Of a stretch of 64,000 nt of DNA, positions 47,405 through 56,194 are shown one piece after another. Position 1 is the stretch's first letter; the number at the start of each line of letters is the position of its first letter. The translations under genes were made by a program, and so were the position numbers. This stretch comes from Candidatus Hecatella orcuttiae. Lineage in GTDB: Archaea > Thermoproteota > Bathyarchaeia > Hecatellales > Hecatellaceae. The notes beneath the pieces were generated by a model. The model saw only the letters and a list, made by a program, of their open reading frames with translations. It was not told the DNA's origin and did no database searches. The stretch is taken from NCBI GenBank assembly GCA_002011035.2, contig MTLY02000001.1, positions 416,001-480,000 on the forward strand. Direction: 5' to 3'.

Positions 47405-48961
47405 TTGGTCAACCTTAGAAAAAGCCTTTGGGGCAAAGGCTACCAGCCCAAGCTGGTTCAAGTTCCCCAAACCGACTACAAAGAACTGGTGAGGGTGGGG
47501 CTGGACAGGTTCACCGAGAGCGCCGCCGGATTCGCGAAGCCGGTATACTTCATCGTAGCCTCAGTGGAGCTGGGGAACACCACCACCAAGTGCATCCTGA
47601 CGGCCACCAACCTTCGGGAACAGAAGATCTACCTCCTGAACAAAACCGTCCGGTTGACCAAGGAGATGAGAAGCCCCCTACCTGGGGAGGAGGTCTTTGG
47701 GGAGACCGTCTGGAAAAAAGAGCTCACCGTCAACGCGGTGAAGGAGTTCATCCGCGACACTCTCCTCCAGTGTTTGGAGGAGGCAAAAATAGACAAGGAC
47801 AGAGACCTCCACTTCGTGGTAAGGTCCACCGGTGTGACCGCCGGTTTCGCCACGCCGGAGGAAGTGGGCGCCATGATCCACGCCTTGGCCCAAGGCTGTC
47901 TAGCTGCCGGCATCAGCTCCTCCAAGATGGTGGCCCCCCTGACCAAGGAGCATGTCCCCAAGGAGCTCAGAGAATACTCGCTGCTGGACAAGGTGCCCTT
48001 CGACGGCTCTGTAGCCGGAAGCTTGCCGCCTCGAACCCCCGGCCAAGTTATCGCCAACGAAATGGAAGCCGAGCTGTCCACTGCTGGGTTGAAGATGGGA
48101 GCCCGCTGGATAGGCTTCGACTTCCGAAACCCGGTGGTGGCAATGGACTTCGGCACAACCCTGAAGGGTAGGATAACCGACAAGTCGTCTCCCTACGCTC
48201 AAACCGTGGGAAGCATAGCCGGCTTGGGCGGAGCTATACCCGACGCCCTCGTCCAAGGCGCCGGCCTCGTGGACGCTGAAAACGGCTCTGTCCTAGAAGC
48301 TCGGGCTGAGGAAGCCGGCGGGAGGAGGGTCTCAGGAGGCTGGGAAGACTGGGTGGAGGACGCCTTGAAACATCTGCGGATAATGGCGATTCCCCCTGAC
48401 AGTTCAAGGTTTGGAACGGTTCCAGTGAACCCTAAGGCTGCTAGGGAGGCAGCCGTGTTCCTGATAGGCTGCGACATCGGAGTGAACGGGAGCAACATCC
48501 CCAAGCTCCGCAGGCTGGGGGAGAAAATCCGCCGAGAGCAAGGGCTCCCAGCCCTGTTTAGGGTGATAGACGCTCTCATGGCCCGGGTGGCCTCCCGCAT
48601 CGTGGAGCTGGCCATGGAAGCGGGGCTGATAGGCGCTGATGTCTCCATAGGCCTCACCGGTCGGGCGGGCATAACAGGCGAGAAACCTCAGGCCTTCCTG
48701 AAGCTCGTTGACGATTTGGGGCTGTATCCTCGTGGAGCCGTAAGCGACCGGGTGGTGTTCGTGGAGGACGCCTTGGCCCTCGGAGCCGGAGTGATGAGCA
48801 GGTGCATGTTCAGCTTGGGCACGCCTAAGAAGCCTTTGGGGGGAAGACGGGGGGAACCCTGCATCCTAGCCAAGCGGATGAAATATTTGGAGAAGACAGC
48901 CGCCTGGACTCCCCAGCACCTCAAGGAACTGAAGACATCTCCAGCAGCCCGAGAAGAGTAG
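47405..48961 (+). CDS. Methanogenesis marker protein 14 (DUF2114) homolog, ASKHA-type ATPase fold
   Basis: 'YFIVASVELGNTTTKCILTATNL', 'LHFVVRSTGVTAGF', 'ANEMEAEL', 'FRNPVVAMDFGTTL.GRIT', 'GL.GAIPD', 'TGRAGITG.KP', 'LGTPKKPLGGRRGEPCIL'. Confidence 0.85.
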   Translation: MVNLRKSLWGKGYQPKLVQVPQTDYKELVRVGLDRFTESAAGFAKPVYFIVASVELGNTTTKCILTATNLREQKIYLLNKTVRLTKEMRSPLPGEEVFGETVWKKELTVNAVKEFIRDTLLQCLEEAKIDKDRDLHFVVRSTGVTAGFATPEEVGAMIHALAQGCLAAGISSSKMVAPLTKEHVPKELREYSLLDKVPFDGSVAGSLPPRTPGQVIANEMEAELSTAGLKMGARWIGFDFRNPVVAMDFGTTLKGRITDKSSPYAQTVGSIAGLGGAIPDALVQGAGLVDAENGSVLEARAEEAGGRRVSGGWEDWVEDALKHLRIMAIPPDSSRFGTVPVNPKAAREAAVFLIGCDIGVNGSNIPKLRRLGEKIRREQGLPALFRVIDALMARVASRIVELAMEAGLIGADVSIGLTGRAGITGEKPQAFLKLVDDLGLYPRGAVSDRVVFVEDALALGAGVMSRCMFSLGTPKKPLGGRRGEPCILAKRMKYLEKTAAWTPQHLKELKTSPAAREE

Positions 48962-49077
48962 GCCGGGACTTCAGCCTGCCCGGGGAACATTCCGCAACGT
49001 CCTCACGCCGGCTGGGAGTCAGGGAGACTAAACCTTAAAAATTCTCAAGCACCTAGAGAGTCTAGCTTCCCTAGGCG

Positions 49078-51015
49078 GTGGAGATGACTTCATCCAACGT
49101 GGAAAATACTCGCCCCCCAAACAAGCATCTGGTTGTCTTCCAGCCCAGTGGGCGAAGAGAATATTTCAGTAGCTCGCAGACGCTGCTGGACGCTGCCAAA
49201 GAGCTGGGAGTGCCCATCGAAAGCGTGTGCGGCGGGGAGCGGTGGTGCGCCAAGTGCAAGGTCATCATCGAGAGAGGCATGGAAAACCTCTCCCCTCTCA
49301 CTTTGGAGGAAAAGCAGCTTCTGAGGGATGAAGAGCTTAACTCCAACTACAGGCTGGCTTGTTGCAGCGAGATAAGGGGGGATGTCGTTGCCCTCGTGCC
49401 CGAGGTCAGCAAGGCGGCGGTTCAGGTTGTCCGAAAGCCTGTTCGGGAGATCCCTGTAAAACTGGACCCCGCGGTGAAGAAATACTACGTGGAACTGAAG
49501 CCTCCAAGCCTTCAAGACCCCCTAGGCGACTTGGACAGGCTGCTAGAAGCTTTAAGGGACAGCTACGGCCTAGACGGCTTAAACATCGATTACTCCGTCC
49601 TCCGGGAGCTTCCCTCCACCTTGAGGGAGGGAAACTGGAAGGTCACGGTCACTGTTTGGGATTCCAGGGAAATCATCCGGGTGGAGCCCGGCTTGGTTAA
49701 GGAGGCCTACGGCTTAGCTGTGGACATAGGAACCACCACGGTGGTCGGCTATCTGCTGGAGCTCTCCACCGGAAAGCTGGTTTCGGTTTACTCCATGATG
49801 AACCCCCAAGTGCCGTTCGGGGAGGATGTCATGTCCCGGATCAGCTACACCATCGCCAACCCCGACGGCTTAGAGAAGCTTCACTCGAAGATTCTCACGG
49901 GCATAAACCTCATCCTCCTCAACACGGCGAGGGATGCGGGGATCACCTACGACGACATCTACGAAATTGTCCTCGTGGGAAACACCTGCATGCACCATCT
50001 CTTCCTAAAATTGGACCCCCAGTTTTTAGGCCGGTCTCCTTTCCCTCCCACAGTTCACAGGGCCGTTAACCTGAAACCCCGGGAGCTGGGCTTGAACATG
50101 TGGAAGGCGGGGAACGTTCACTTTCTCCCCGTGGAAGCCGGGTTCGTGGGGGCTGACAACGTGGGCGTGCTCATCACAGTGGAGCCTTGGAAAAAATCTG
50201 AGGTTCAACTCATCATCGACATCGGAACCAACGGGGAGCTGGTCTTGGGAAACAACACCCGGCTTCTCTCCGCCTCCTGCGCCACAGGGCCTGCCTTCGA
50301 GGGAGCCCACATGAAATATGGGATGAGGGCGGCTCCAGGGGCCATTGAGAGAGTCAAGATAGACCCAGACAGCATGGAGGTTGAATACGAAACCATCGAG
50401 GGCGAAAAGGCCCGGGGCATATGCGGCTCAGGCATCATCGAAGCCATGGCTGAAATGTTCAAGGCGGGAGTCATTCTGAAAAACGGAAACATCAACAAAG
50501 ACCTCCGCAGCCCACGCCTGAGGCAGGGGGAAGACGGCTACGAGTTCATTCTCGTCCCCAAGGAGGAAACGGCCATCGGAGCCGACATCGTCGTAACCCA
50601 GAAAGACGTGAGAGCCATCCAGCTGGCTAAGGGAGCCATGTACACAGGGGCTAAAATCTTGATGAAGCACTTCGGCGTCCGGGAGCTGGATGAGGTTGTC
50701 TTGGCAGGGGCTTTCGGAAGCTACATCGACAGGGAAGCCTCCATGGCCATAGGCTTGTTCCCCGACTGCGACCTAGCCAAGGTGAAGGCGGTGGGGAACG
50801 CGGCGGGCGACGGGGCGAGGTTAGCTCTTCTCAGCAGGGAGAAAAGGGAAGAAGCCTATGAAGTTGCGAAGAAGGTGAAATATGTGGAATTGACCGTGGA
50901 CCCTTCCTTCCAATCGGAGTTCATGAAGTCCATGTTTTTCCCCCACAAGGAGGACCCTTTCCCCCACCTCAACCACCTCTGGGATAACATGCCCAAACAG
51001 CAGGGAAAAGTTTAA
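49078..51015 (+). CDS. RACo/RamA-type reductive activator of corrinoid proteins (2Fe-2S plus ASKHA)
   Basis: N-terminal [2Fe-2S] 'SVCGGERWCAKC...RLACC', 'AVDIGTTT', 'NPQ..GEDVMSRI', 'IDIGTNGE', 'CATGPAFEG', 'GICGSG', 'LAGAFG', 'GNAAG.GA'. Confidence 0.92.
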   Translation: MEMTSSNVENTRPPNKHLVVFQPSGRREYFSSSQTLLDAAKELGVPIESVCGGERWCAKCKVIIERGMENLSPLTLEEKQLLRDEELNSNYRLACCSEIRGDVVALVPEVSKAAVQVVRKPVREIPVKLDPAVKKYYVELKPPSLQDPLGDLDRLLEALRDSYGLDGLNIDYSVLRELPSTLREGNWKVTVTVWDSREIIRVEPGLVKEAYGLAVDIGTTTVVGYLLELSTGKLVSVYSMMNPQVPFGEDVMSRISYTIANPDGLEKLHSKILTGINLILLNTARDAGITYDDIYEIVLVGNTCMHHLFLKLDPQFLGRSPFPPTVHRAVNLKPRELGLNMWKAGNVHFLPVEAGFVGADNVGVLITVEPWKKSEVQLIIDIGTNGELVLGNNTRLLSASCATGPAFEGAHMKYGMRAAPGAIERVKIDPDSMEVEYETIEGEKARGICGSGIIEAMAEMFKAGVILKNGNINKDLRSPRLRQGEDGYEFILVPKEETAIGADIVVTQKDVRAIQLAKGAMYTGAKILMKHFGVRELDEVVLAGAFGSYIDREASMAIGLFPDCDLAKVKAVGNAAGDGARLALLSREKREEAYEVAKKVKYVELTVDPSFQSEFMKSMFFPHKEDPFPHLNHLWDNMPKQQGKV

Positions 51016-51052
51016 ACAAAATTCGCGGAAAAGACATACCTGAGGCTTTCAG

Positions 51053-52120
51053 ATGAAACCCTACGACAGGGTTATGGCTGTCCTCCAAGGAAGAAGCGGG
51101 GAAGCAGATAGAATTCCCTGCGTAAACTTCACCTCCACAGCCACCCTCCAGTTCATGGAAGCCACAGGCGCATGGTGGCCTGAAGCCCACCGGGAGCCTG
51201 AAAAAATGGCTAAGCTGGGCTCCGCAGCCCACCGCCTCTGCGGCTTAGACAACGTCACCGTCCCCTTCGACATGGTTGTGGAAGCCGAACTGCTGGGTGC
51301 TCCTCCAGAGTTTTTCGAAGCTGAGAAGGCGGAAGGCGAAGTGAGGCAGCCCAGTGTCAAAGCTTTCGTGGTTAAGGAGCCTTCAGACCTGAAGATTCCC
51401 AGCGACGTCGCTTCGGCTGGGAGGCTGCCCGTGGTAGTTAAGGCTGTGAAAATTTTGAAGGAGGAGTTTGGAGGGAAAACCCCCGTCAACGTCTTCATGG
51501 TTCCCCCCTTCACATGCCTCTGCAACTACTTGGTGGACACTCTCACCTTTCTCAAAACCATGGTTAAGGAGCCTGAGAAGATCCGTAGCTTCCTAGACGC
51601 CAGCCTAGACCTTTTCATCCAGGAAGCCCGCGTCTACGAGGAGGCCGGCGCGGATGTCATCACCCTCCACGAGATGGGCGCCTGCTGCGGGGTCATAGCG
51701 CCCAGCCACTTCAAGGACTTTGTCGCCCCCTACCTGAAAAAACTGGTCAAAAGCGTGAAATGCCCCACTGTGCTCAACATCTGCGGCCCCACGGAGAAGA
51801 TTCTCCCCATGATGGTGGAATGCGGAGCCAACGCTGTGGCCATCGATGAAACAACCCCCATCAAGGAGGCGAGGAGAATCGTCGACGCAGCGAAACCCGG
51901 CTATCCCATCGCCGGCAACATCTCCCCAAAAAAAATCCTGAGGGACGGAACCCCGGAAGTCATCGCTGGGGCGGTGAAGACGGTTATTGAGGAGGGAGTC
52001 AGCATCGTTTCCCCAGGCTGCGATTTCTTCTTGGACACGCCCATCGGAAACATCAAAACCTTCGTGGAGACTGTGGTGAAATTCGGCTCAGGAGGCGGAG
52101 GTCTCACCATAAATCCCTGA
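51053..52120 (+). CDS. MtaA/CmuA-family methylcobamide methyltransferase (URO-D fold)
   Basis: 'WPEAHREPEKMAKL', 'VPFDMVVEAELLG', 'GADVI', Zn-site-like 'LNICG' (Asn in place of the usual His), 'GNISP', 'SPGC'. Confidence 0.85.
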   Translation: MKPYDRVMAVLQGRSGEADRIPCVNFTSTATLQFMEATGAWWPEAHREPEKMAKLGSAAHRLCGLDNVTVPFDMVVEAELLGAPPEFFEAEKAEGEVRQPSVKAFVVKEPSDLKIPSDVASAGRLPVVVKAVKILKEEFGGKTPVNVFMVPPFTCLCNYLVDTLTFLKTMVKEPEKIRSFLDASLDLFIQEARVYEEAGADVITLHEMGACCGVIAPSHFKDFVAPYLKKLVKSVKCPTVLNICGPTEKILPMMVECGANAVAIDETTPIKEARRIVDAAKPGYPIAGNISPKKILRDGTPEVIAGAVKTVIEEGVSIVSPGCDFFLDTPIGNIKTFVETVVKFGSGGGGLTINP

Positions 52121-52180
52121 AAGCCCCTTTTAGGGTATGTTTTTTAAACGTCGGAGACCTACTAATGGTGGGTCGCTGTC

Positions 52181-52384
52181 ATGTATGAGAAGCACCGCCA
52201 CTGTGTTGTTTGCGACATATCCATAAGCCCTGAGAAGAATCCGCCTGTCTGCAGCAAGAAATGTCTTCTTGAATACAATAAAAGAATGAAGAAGCAGCAG
52301 TGGGTTCGACTGCTCATGTTCATCCCCCTCATAGCCATCATGGCCATGCTTCTCCTAGGCCAACTGTTAGGCGGCTCTCCCTAG
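52181..52384 (+). CDS. DUF2116-family Zn-ribbon membrane protein
   Basis: 'HRHCVVC..I.P....CSKKC' plus a C-terminal TM helix. Confidence 0.78.
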   Translation: MYEKHRHCVVCDISISPEKNPPVCSKKCLLEYNKRMKKQQWVRLLMFIPLIAIMAMLLLGQLLGGSP

Positions 52385-52433
52385 AAGCTCTAAACCAAAG
52401 CCTCTGCAGCCGTTTCCTAAGAGCCGGAAGAGG

Positions 52434-52844
52434 CTAAGCTTCAAGCTGTTGTTTCACGTATTCAGCGTAGTCCTCCGCTTTCATGAGACTTTCCAGCTCT
52501 TTCAAGTCCTTAGGCTTCAGCCGGGCAATCCAGCCCTTGCCGTAGGGGTCTCGGTTGATGAGCTCCGGAGAGTCCTTCAAGGCTTCGTTGACTTCCACAA
52601 CCCGGCCTGAGAGGGGACTGTAGACCTCCGCCACCGCCTTCACCGACTCTAGGCTGCCCAGGGAATCCTTCTGCTTGACCTCCGCATCCTTCTCCGGCAG
52701 CTGGACGAAGACAACTTCGTGGAGCATTCTCTGAGCGTAGTCAGCAACGCCCACCCTTACCAAGCCGTCTTCCTCCAGCGAAGCCCACCCATGCTCCGCG
52801 GTGTAGTAGAGGTTTTCCCGCACTTCCACACTGTCAACCTTCAC
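52434..52844 (-). CDS. gcvH: Glycine cleavage H protein (lipoyl carrier)
   Basis: 'YYTAEHGW', 'VGVADYAQ', lipoyl-Lys 'ESVKAVAEVYSPLSG', 'PELINRDPYGKGW'. Probable GTG start at 52844 after GGGAGGGG. Confidence 0.93.
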   Translation of the reverse strand: MKVDSVEVRENLYYTAEHGWASLEEDGLVRVGVADYAQRMLHEVVFVQLPEKDAEVKQKDSLGSLESVKAVAEVYSPLSGRVVEVNEALKDSPELINRDPYGKGWIARLKPKDLKELESLMKAEDYAEYVKQQLEA

Positions 52845-52964
52845 AGCTTTCCCCTCCCATACCCAAGGAGCTGCCGAGAGGATAAGAAACACTTTAGGGG
52901 AGGTCCTTTATAAATTCCCTTTCCAAAGCTAATTCATAAACCCCCAGCCAAGGCGGAGCGGAAG

Positions 52965-53984
52965 ATGGAGGGCGCCCCCGGGTTTATCAGGGTTTCCCGA
53001 GGCTCCGAGTTTACCCTAGGCCTGAAAAGGGGCTTCGCAAGCGTGAAGCCCACCGTGGCTTATCTTCTAACCCACCATCCCCAAGGATGCTTCGCCAACT
53101 GTGCCTTCTGCACCCAAGCGAGGAGCAGCGTCTCCCACGCTGACATGCTTTCCCGGGTAATCTGGCCTCTCCACCCCCTTCAAGCAGTGGTCCGAGGTCT
53201 GAGGCGGGCTGAGGCTGAAGGGGCTGTTAAGAGAATCTGCATTCAAACCTTGAACTATCCCGGCATGTTCGCCGATGTCCTAAGCCTCCTGAGTGTTTTC
53301 AGAAAAGCCGTGGAGATGCCTGTTTCCCTCTCCTGCCAACCCTTGGAAGAGGAAGAAATTAGGCTTCTGAAGGAAGCCGGCTTAGACAGGCTTGTCTTCC
53401 CCTTGGACGCTGCCACCGAAGAGGTCTTCGAGAGGGTGAAGGGCAAGGGGGTGGGAAACCCCTTCACCCGAAGCGGGTGTCTCACCGCGTTGGAGAAGGC
53501 TGTGGAAATCTTCGGGCGAGGCAAGGTTGGAAGTTACTTGATGGTGGGGTTGGGGGAAACGGAGCGGGAGGCTGTGGCCGCTGTTCAGGAGCTGAAAGAC
53601 CTAGAAGTCTTCACCAGCCTCTTCGCCTTCACACCCATCCCCGGAACGGGGCTGGAGAACCAGCCTAAACCGTCTTTGGTAAGCTACAGGAAGATTCAGC
53701 TGGCCCACTTCCTCATCGAACGAGAACTGGCTAGGTTCGAAGACATGACCTTCACGGAAAAAAACAACCTAGCCGGCTTCGGCCTAAGCTACGACACGCT
53801 GAAGGACATCGTAGCCTCTGGGTTGCCCTTCCAAACTCGAGGCTGCGCAGGGTGCAACCGGCCCTACTACAACGAGGACCCTAAAGGGCCCTTCTACAAT
53901 TATCCCCGCTCCTTAACGGCGGCGGAAGTTTCCGAAATTGCAGCGGCTTTGAAGCCCTACCTGAATGGGGAACTTAGAGGGTGA
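52965..53984 (+). CDS. lipS2: Archaeal-type lipoyl synthase subunit LipS2 (radical SAM)
   Basis: CxxxCxxC 'GCFANCAFCTQ', 'LSRVIWP', C-terminal 'TRGCAGCNRP' signature. Adjacent to gcvH and lplA. Confidence 0.85.
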   Translation: MEGAPGFIRVSRGSEFTLGLKRGFASVKPTVAYLLTHHPQGCFANCAFCTQARSSVSHADMLSRVIWPLHPLQAVVRGLRRAEAEGAVKRICIQTLNYPGMFADVLSLLSVFRKAVEMPVSLSCQPLEEEEIRLLKEAGLDRLVFPLDAATEEVFERVKGKGVGNPFTRSGCLTALEKAVEIFGRGKVGSYLMVGLGETEREAVAAVQELKDLEVFTSLFAFTPIPGTGLENQPKPSLVSYRKIQLAHFLIERELARFEDMTFTEKNNLAGFGLSYDTLKDIVASGLPFQTRGCAGCNRPYYNEDPKGPFYNYPRSLTAAEVSEIAAALKPYLNGELRG

Positions 53985-54044
53985 AAAACTATTTATCTCC
54001 GTTTTTTCCTCTTTGAGGGGAGCATTTTCCCAGAGCTGTAAAGG

Positions 54045-54824
54045 GTGTTCGACATGGGAGTTGAGGAATGGCGGTACCTAGACCATGGGGCCTCCGACGC
54101 CTGCACCAACATGGCTGTGGATGAGGCTGTTTTGCAGGGAAGCATCCGAGGGGTTTCCCCGCCTACCCTCCGCCTCTACACATGGAAGCCTTCCGCTGTC
54201 TCCATAGGTTTCTTCCAGAGCGTGGAGCAGGAAGTAGACTTGGAGGCATGCCGGGAGCTGGGCGTCGACGTCATCAGGCGGATAACAGGAGGCGGGGCGG
54301 TTTACCATGATAGGCAAGGGGAGCTAACCTACAGCATCGTGGTGCCTGAATCTTGGGGGAAAACTCCGAAGGACTTTCTCGAGTCCTACCGGTTTCTTTG
54401 CAGGGGACTGGTCTTAGGATTGAGGCAGATGGGTGTAGAGGCGGAGTTCACCCCCATCAACGACATCACCGTCCGGGGGAGGAAGATTTCAGGGAACGCC
54501 CAGACGAGGAGAAGCGGCTCCATCCTCCAGCATGGAACTCTCCTGCTCCAGACGGACATCCCCACCATCTTCCGGGTGTTGAAGGTGTCCAAAGAAAAGC
54601 TCAGCGACAAAGCCGTCCGAGCCTTCGAGGGAAGAGTGACCACTCTCCTCAAGGAAACGGGGAGAAAGCCTGAGCTGGAGAGGGTGAAGGAAACCTTGAA
54701 AAAAGGCTTCGAGGAAGCCTTGGAGGTGAGGCTTACCCCCGGCCGGCTCACTGAAGGGGAAAGAGCGGAGGCGGAGAAGCTGAAGCGAAAATACTCCTCC
54801 AGAGAGTGGACCTTCAGGAGGTGA
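54045..54824 (+). CDS. lplA: Lipoate-protein ligase catalytic subunit
   Basis: 'NMAVDEA', 'RRITGGGAVYHD', 'NDI..GRKISGNAQ', 'LQHGTLL'. Confidence 0.93.
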   Translation: MFDMGVEEWRYLDHGASDACTNMAVDEAVLQGSIRGVSPPTLRLYTWKPSAVSIGFFQSVEQEVDLEACRELGVDVIRRITGGGAVYHDRQGELTYSIVVPESWGKTPKDFLESYRFLCRGLVLGLRQMGVEAEFTPINDITVRGRKISGNAQTRRSGSILQHGTLLLQTDIPTIFRVLKVSKEKLSDKAVRAFEGRVTTLLKETGRKPELERVKETLKKGFEEALEVRLTPGRLTEGERAEAEKLKRKYSSREWTFRR

Positions 54825-54830
54825 AGCCTC

Positions 54831-55124
54831 ATGTCTGTCTGCGAAGCGGAATACAAGGTGGCGGGAGGGAAGATGATCCGCATCCGCCTGAACGTGAAAG
54901 AAGGAGCTCTTTCCTCCATCCGGATTACCGGGGACTTTTTCATGCACCCGGAGGAAGCCTTGGAAAAGCTGGAATCCTCCCTCCGAGGCGTCAAGGTGGA
55001 AGAGGCCGAGGGGCTGGAGAGGCATATCGACGCCTTCCTCAGCGAAAACCATGTTACTGTCCTCGGAGCCGCCTCCAGAGACTTCGCCGCCGCCATCCTG
55101 AAAGCCTTAAGGACGCCGGCTTAG
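54831..55124 (+). CDS. lplB: Lipoate-protein ligase accessory subunit (LplB)
   Basis: 'YKVAGGKMIRI', 'ITGDFFMHPEEA..LE..L.G'. Confidence 0.87.
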   Translation: MSVCEAEYKVAGGKMIRIRLNVKEGALSSIRITGDFFMHPEEALEKLESSLRGVKVEEAEGLERHIDAFLSENHVTVLGAASRDFAAAILKALRTPA

Positions 55125-55153
55125 CAGGAAACGGTAACCCAGCTGGCTTAGGA

Positions 55154-56194
55154 TTAATGCTGAATTTGCTGACGGATCGGAGTCTGGCTCAAGTCGCTGA
55201 AAACCTGAGAGCAGCAAAAGGGCGAAAAGCTCACGTCTAAGCCCATCTTTTCCGCCAGGCGAACTGCCTCCTCCGAGGGGAAGGCGATGGCATTCACACC
55301 AGCCTCTACGGCCAGCCTGTCGGTTTCCGCCCTATGCCTCCTCAGAGGCCTTACGCACCCCAAGACCAAGGGGGTTGCCGGCATCAGTTTTCTTGCATGG
55401 ATAATTACCTGAACTACTTCCCGTGGGCTGGGCGGGGTCACCGACTCCATGACTGTTCCTTTCAAAGGGTTCAGGACGATGATTATGAGGGCTTGGGGGT
55501 TGTAGCGGGAGATAAGCTTCAAAGCCTTGAACTCCCCCCTTAGTCTTCCGTGGTGAAGACCCACGAGGACGTGAGGCACTAGGGGAACCTGCGCCTCATG
55601 AAGCAGTTGAAGGGTCCTCCGGTAGTCTTCTACCCCCAGCTCAGCATGGTAAACCTGTTTCACCGTCTCCTCACAGCCGATAACATCTACGAGGACAGCG
55701 TCCACCTCGGCCTCCTTCAGCCCCCAAGCCAGTTCTTCGTCCTTGACCACGCCTGTGTGAACCGCCACGTGGAAGCCCAGCTCCCTCTTCACCCACCTGA
55801 TGGCTGGGAGGAACCGGCGGAGGGGAACTTCCCCCGTAGGCTGGCAGCCGCCGCTGATGAGGCATCCCACAGCGCCTTTCTCTTTCAGGCTTCTGCAGAG
55901 TTCGGCCAGCTTTTGAGGGGAAGTGGCGGAAAGCATGTTCTCCAGCACTTTTCCGCCGCAGTGGTCGCATCGGAGAGAGCAGAAGCTTCCTGTGATGGAG
56001 ATGGAAGGGTAACTCCCCCGGAGAGCGGAGGCCAGCCGGCTTCGGTGAGGGGAGAAGGAGGGAACATAGAAATGTATCTGCTTCCCGAAGCTTCTCCAGC
56101 TGACTTCTCTCGCCCATCTTAGATCTTTTCTCAGAGACCCTTCCTTCAGGAGTGGGGGAGCGAGTCCTCCTTCTCCTCTGTCGCTTTGTTTCAC
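55154..56194 (-). CDS. lipS1: Archaeal-type lipoyl synthase subunit LipS1 (radical SAM)
   Basis: 'SITGSFCSLRCDHC', 'GCLISGG', 'LGCVRP' and C-terminal 'FCCS' signatures. Confidence 0.85.
   Translation of the reverse strand: MKQSDRGEGGLAPPLLKEGSLRKDLRWAREVSWRSFGKQIHFYVPSFSPHRSRLASALRGSYPSISITGSFCSLRCDHCGGKVLENMLSATSPQKLAELCRSLKEKGAVGCLISGGCQPTGEVPLRRFLPAIRWVKRELGFHVAVHTGVVKDEELAWGLKEAEVDAVLVDVIGCEETVKQVYHAELGVEDYRRTLQLLHEAQVPLVPHVLVGLHHGRLRGEFKALKLISRYNPQALIIIVLNPLKGTVMESVTPPSPREVVQVIIHARKLMPATPLVLGCVRPLRRHRAETDRLAVEAGVNAIAFPSEEAVRLAEKMGLDVSFSPFCCSQVFSDLSQTPIRQQIQH

Noticed and set aside
47428-48256. Long alternative-frame and antisense ORFs (247, 184 and 118 aa) over the marker-14 gene
   Set aside because: Shadow ORFs expected in GC-rich coding DNA; no motifs, and fully overlapped by a well-supported gene.
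48959-49080. Possible TAG (pyrrolysine) read-through from marker 14 toward RACo
   Set aside because: The read-through frame is not in frame with RACo, encodes nothing recognisable and ends at a TGA; no pyl genes seen.
38232-52120. Interpreting mtrH, marker 14 and MtaA as proof of methanogenesis
   Set aside because: No mcr or mtrA-G genes in the window; MtrH, MtaA-family and RACo proteins also serve non-methanogenic methyl transfer.
54386-55240. 236-, 187- and 144-aa ORFs overlapping lplA/lplB
   Set aside because: Antisense or out-of-frame shadows with Ser/Arg/Pro-biased composition.
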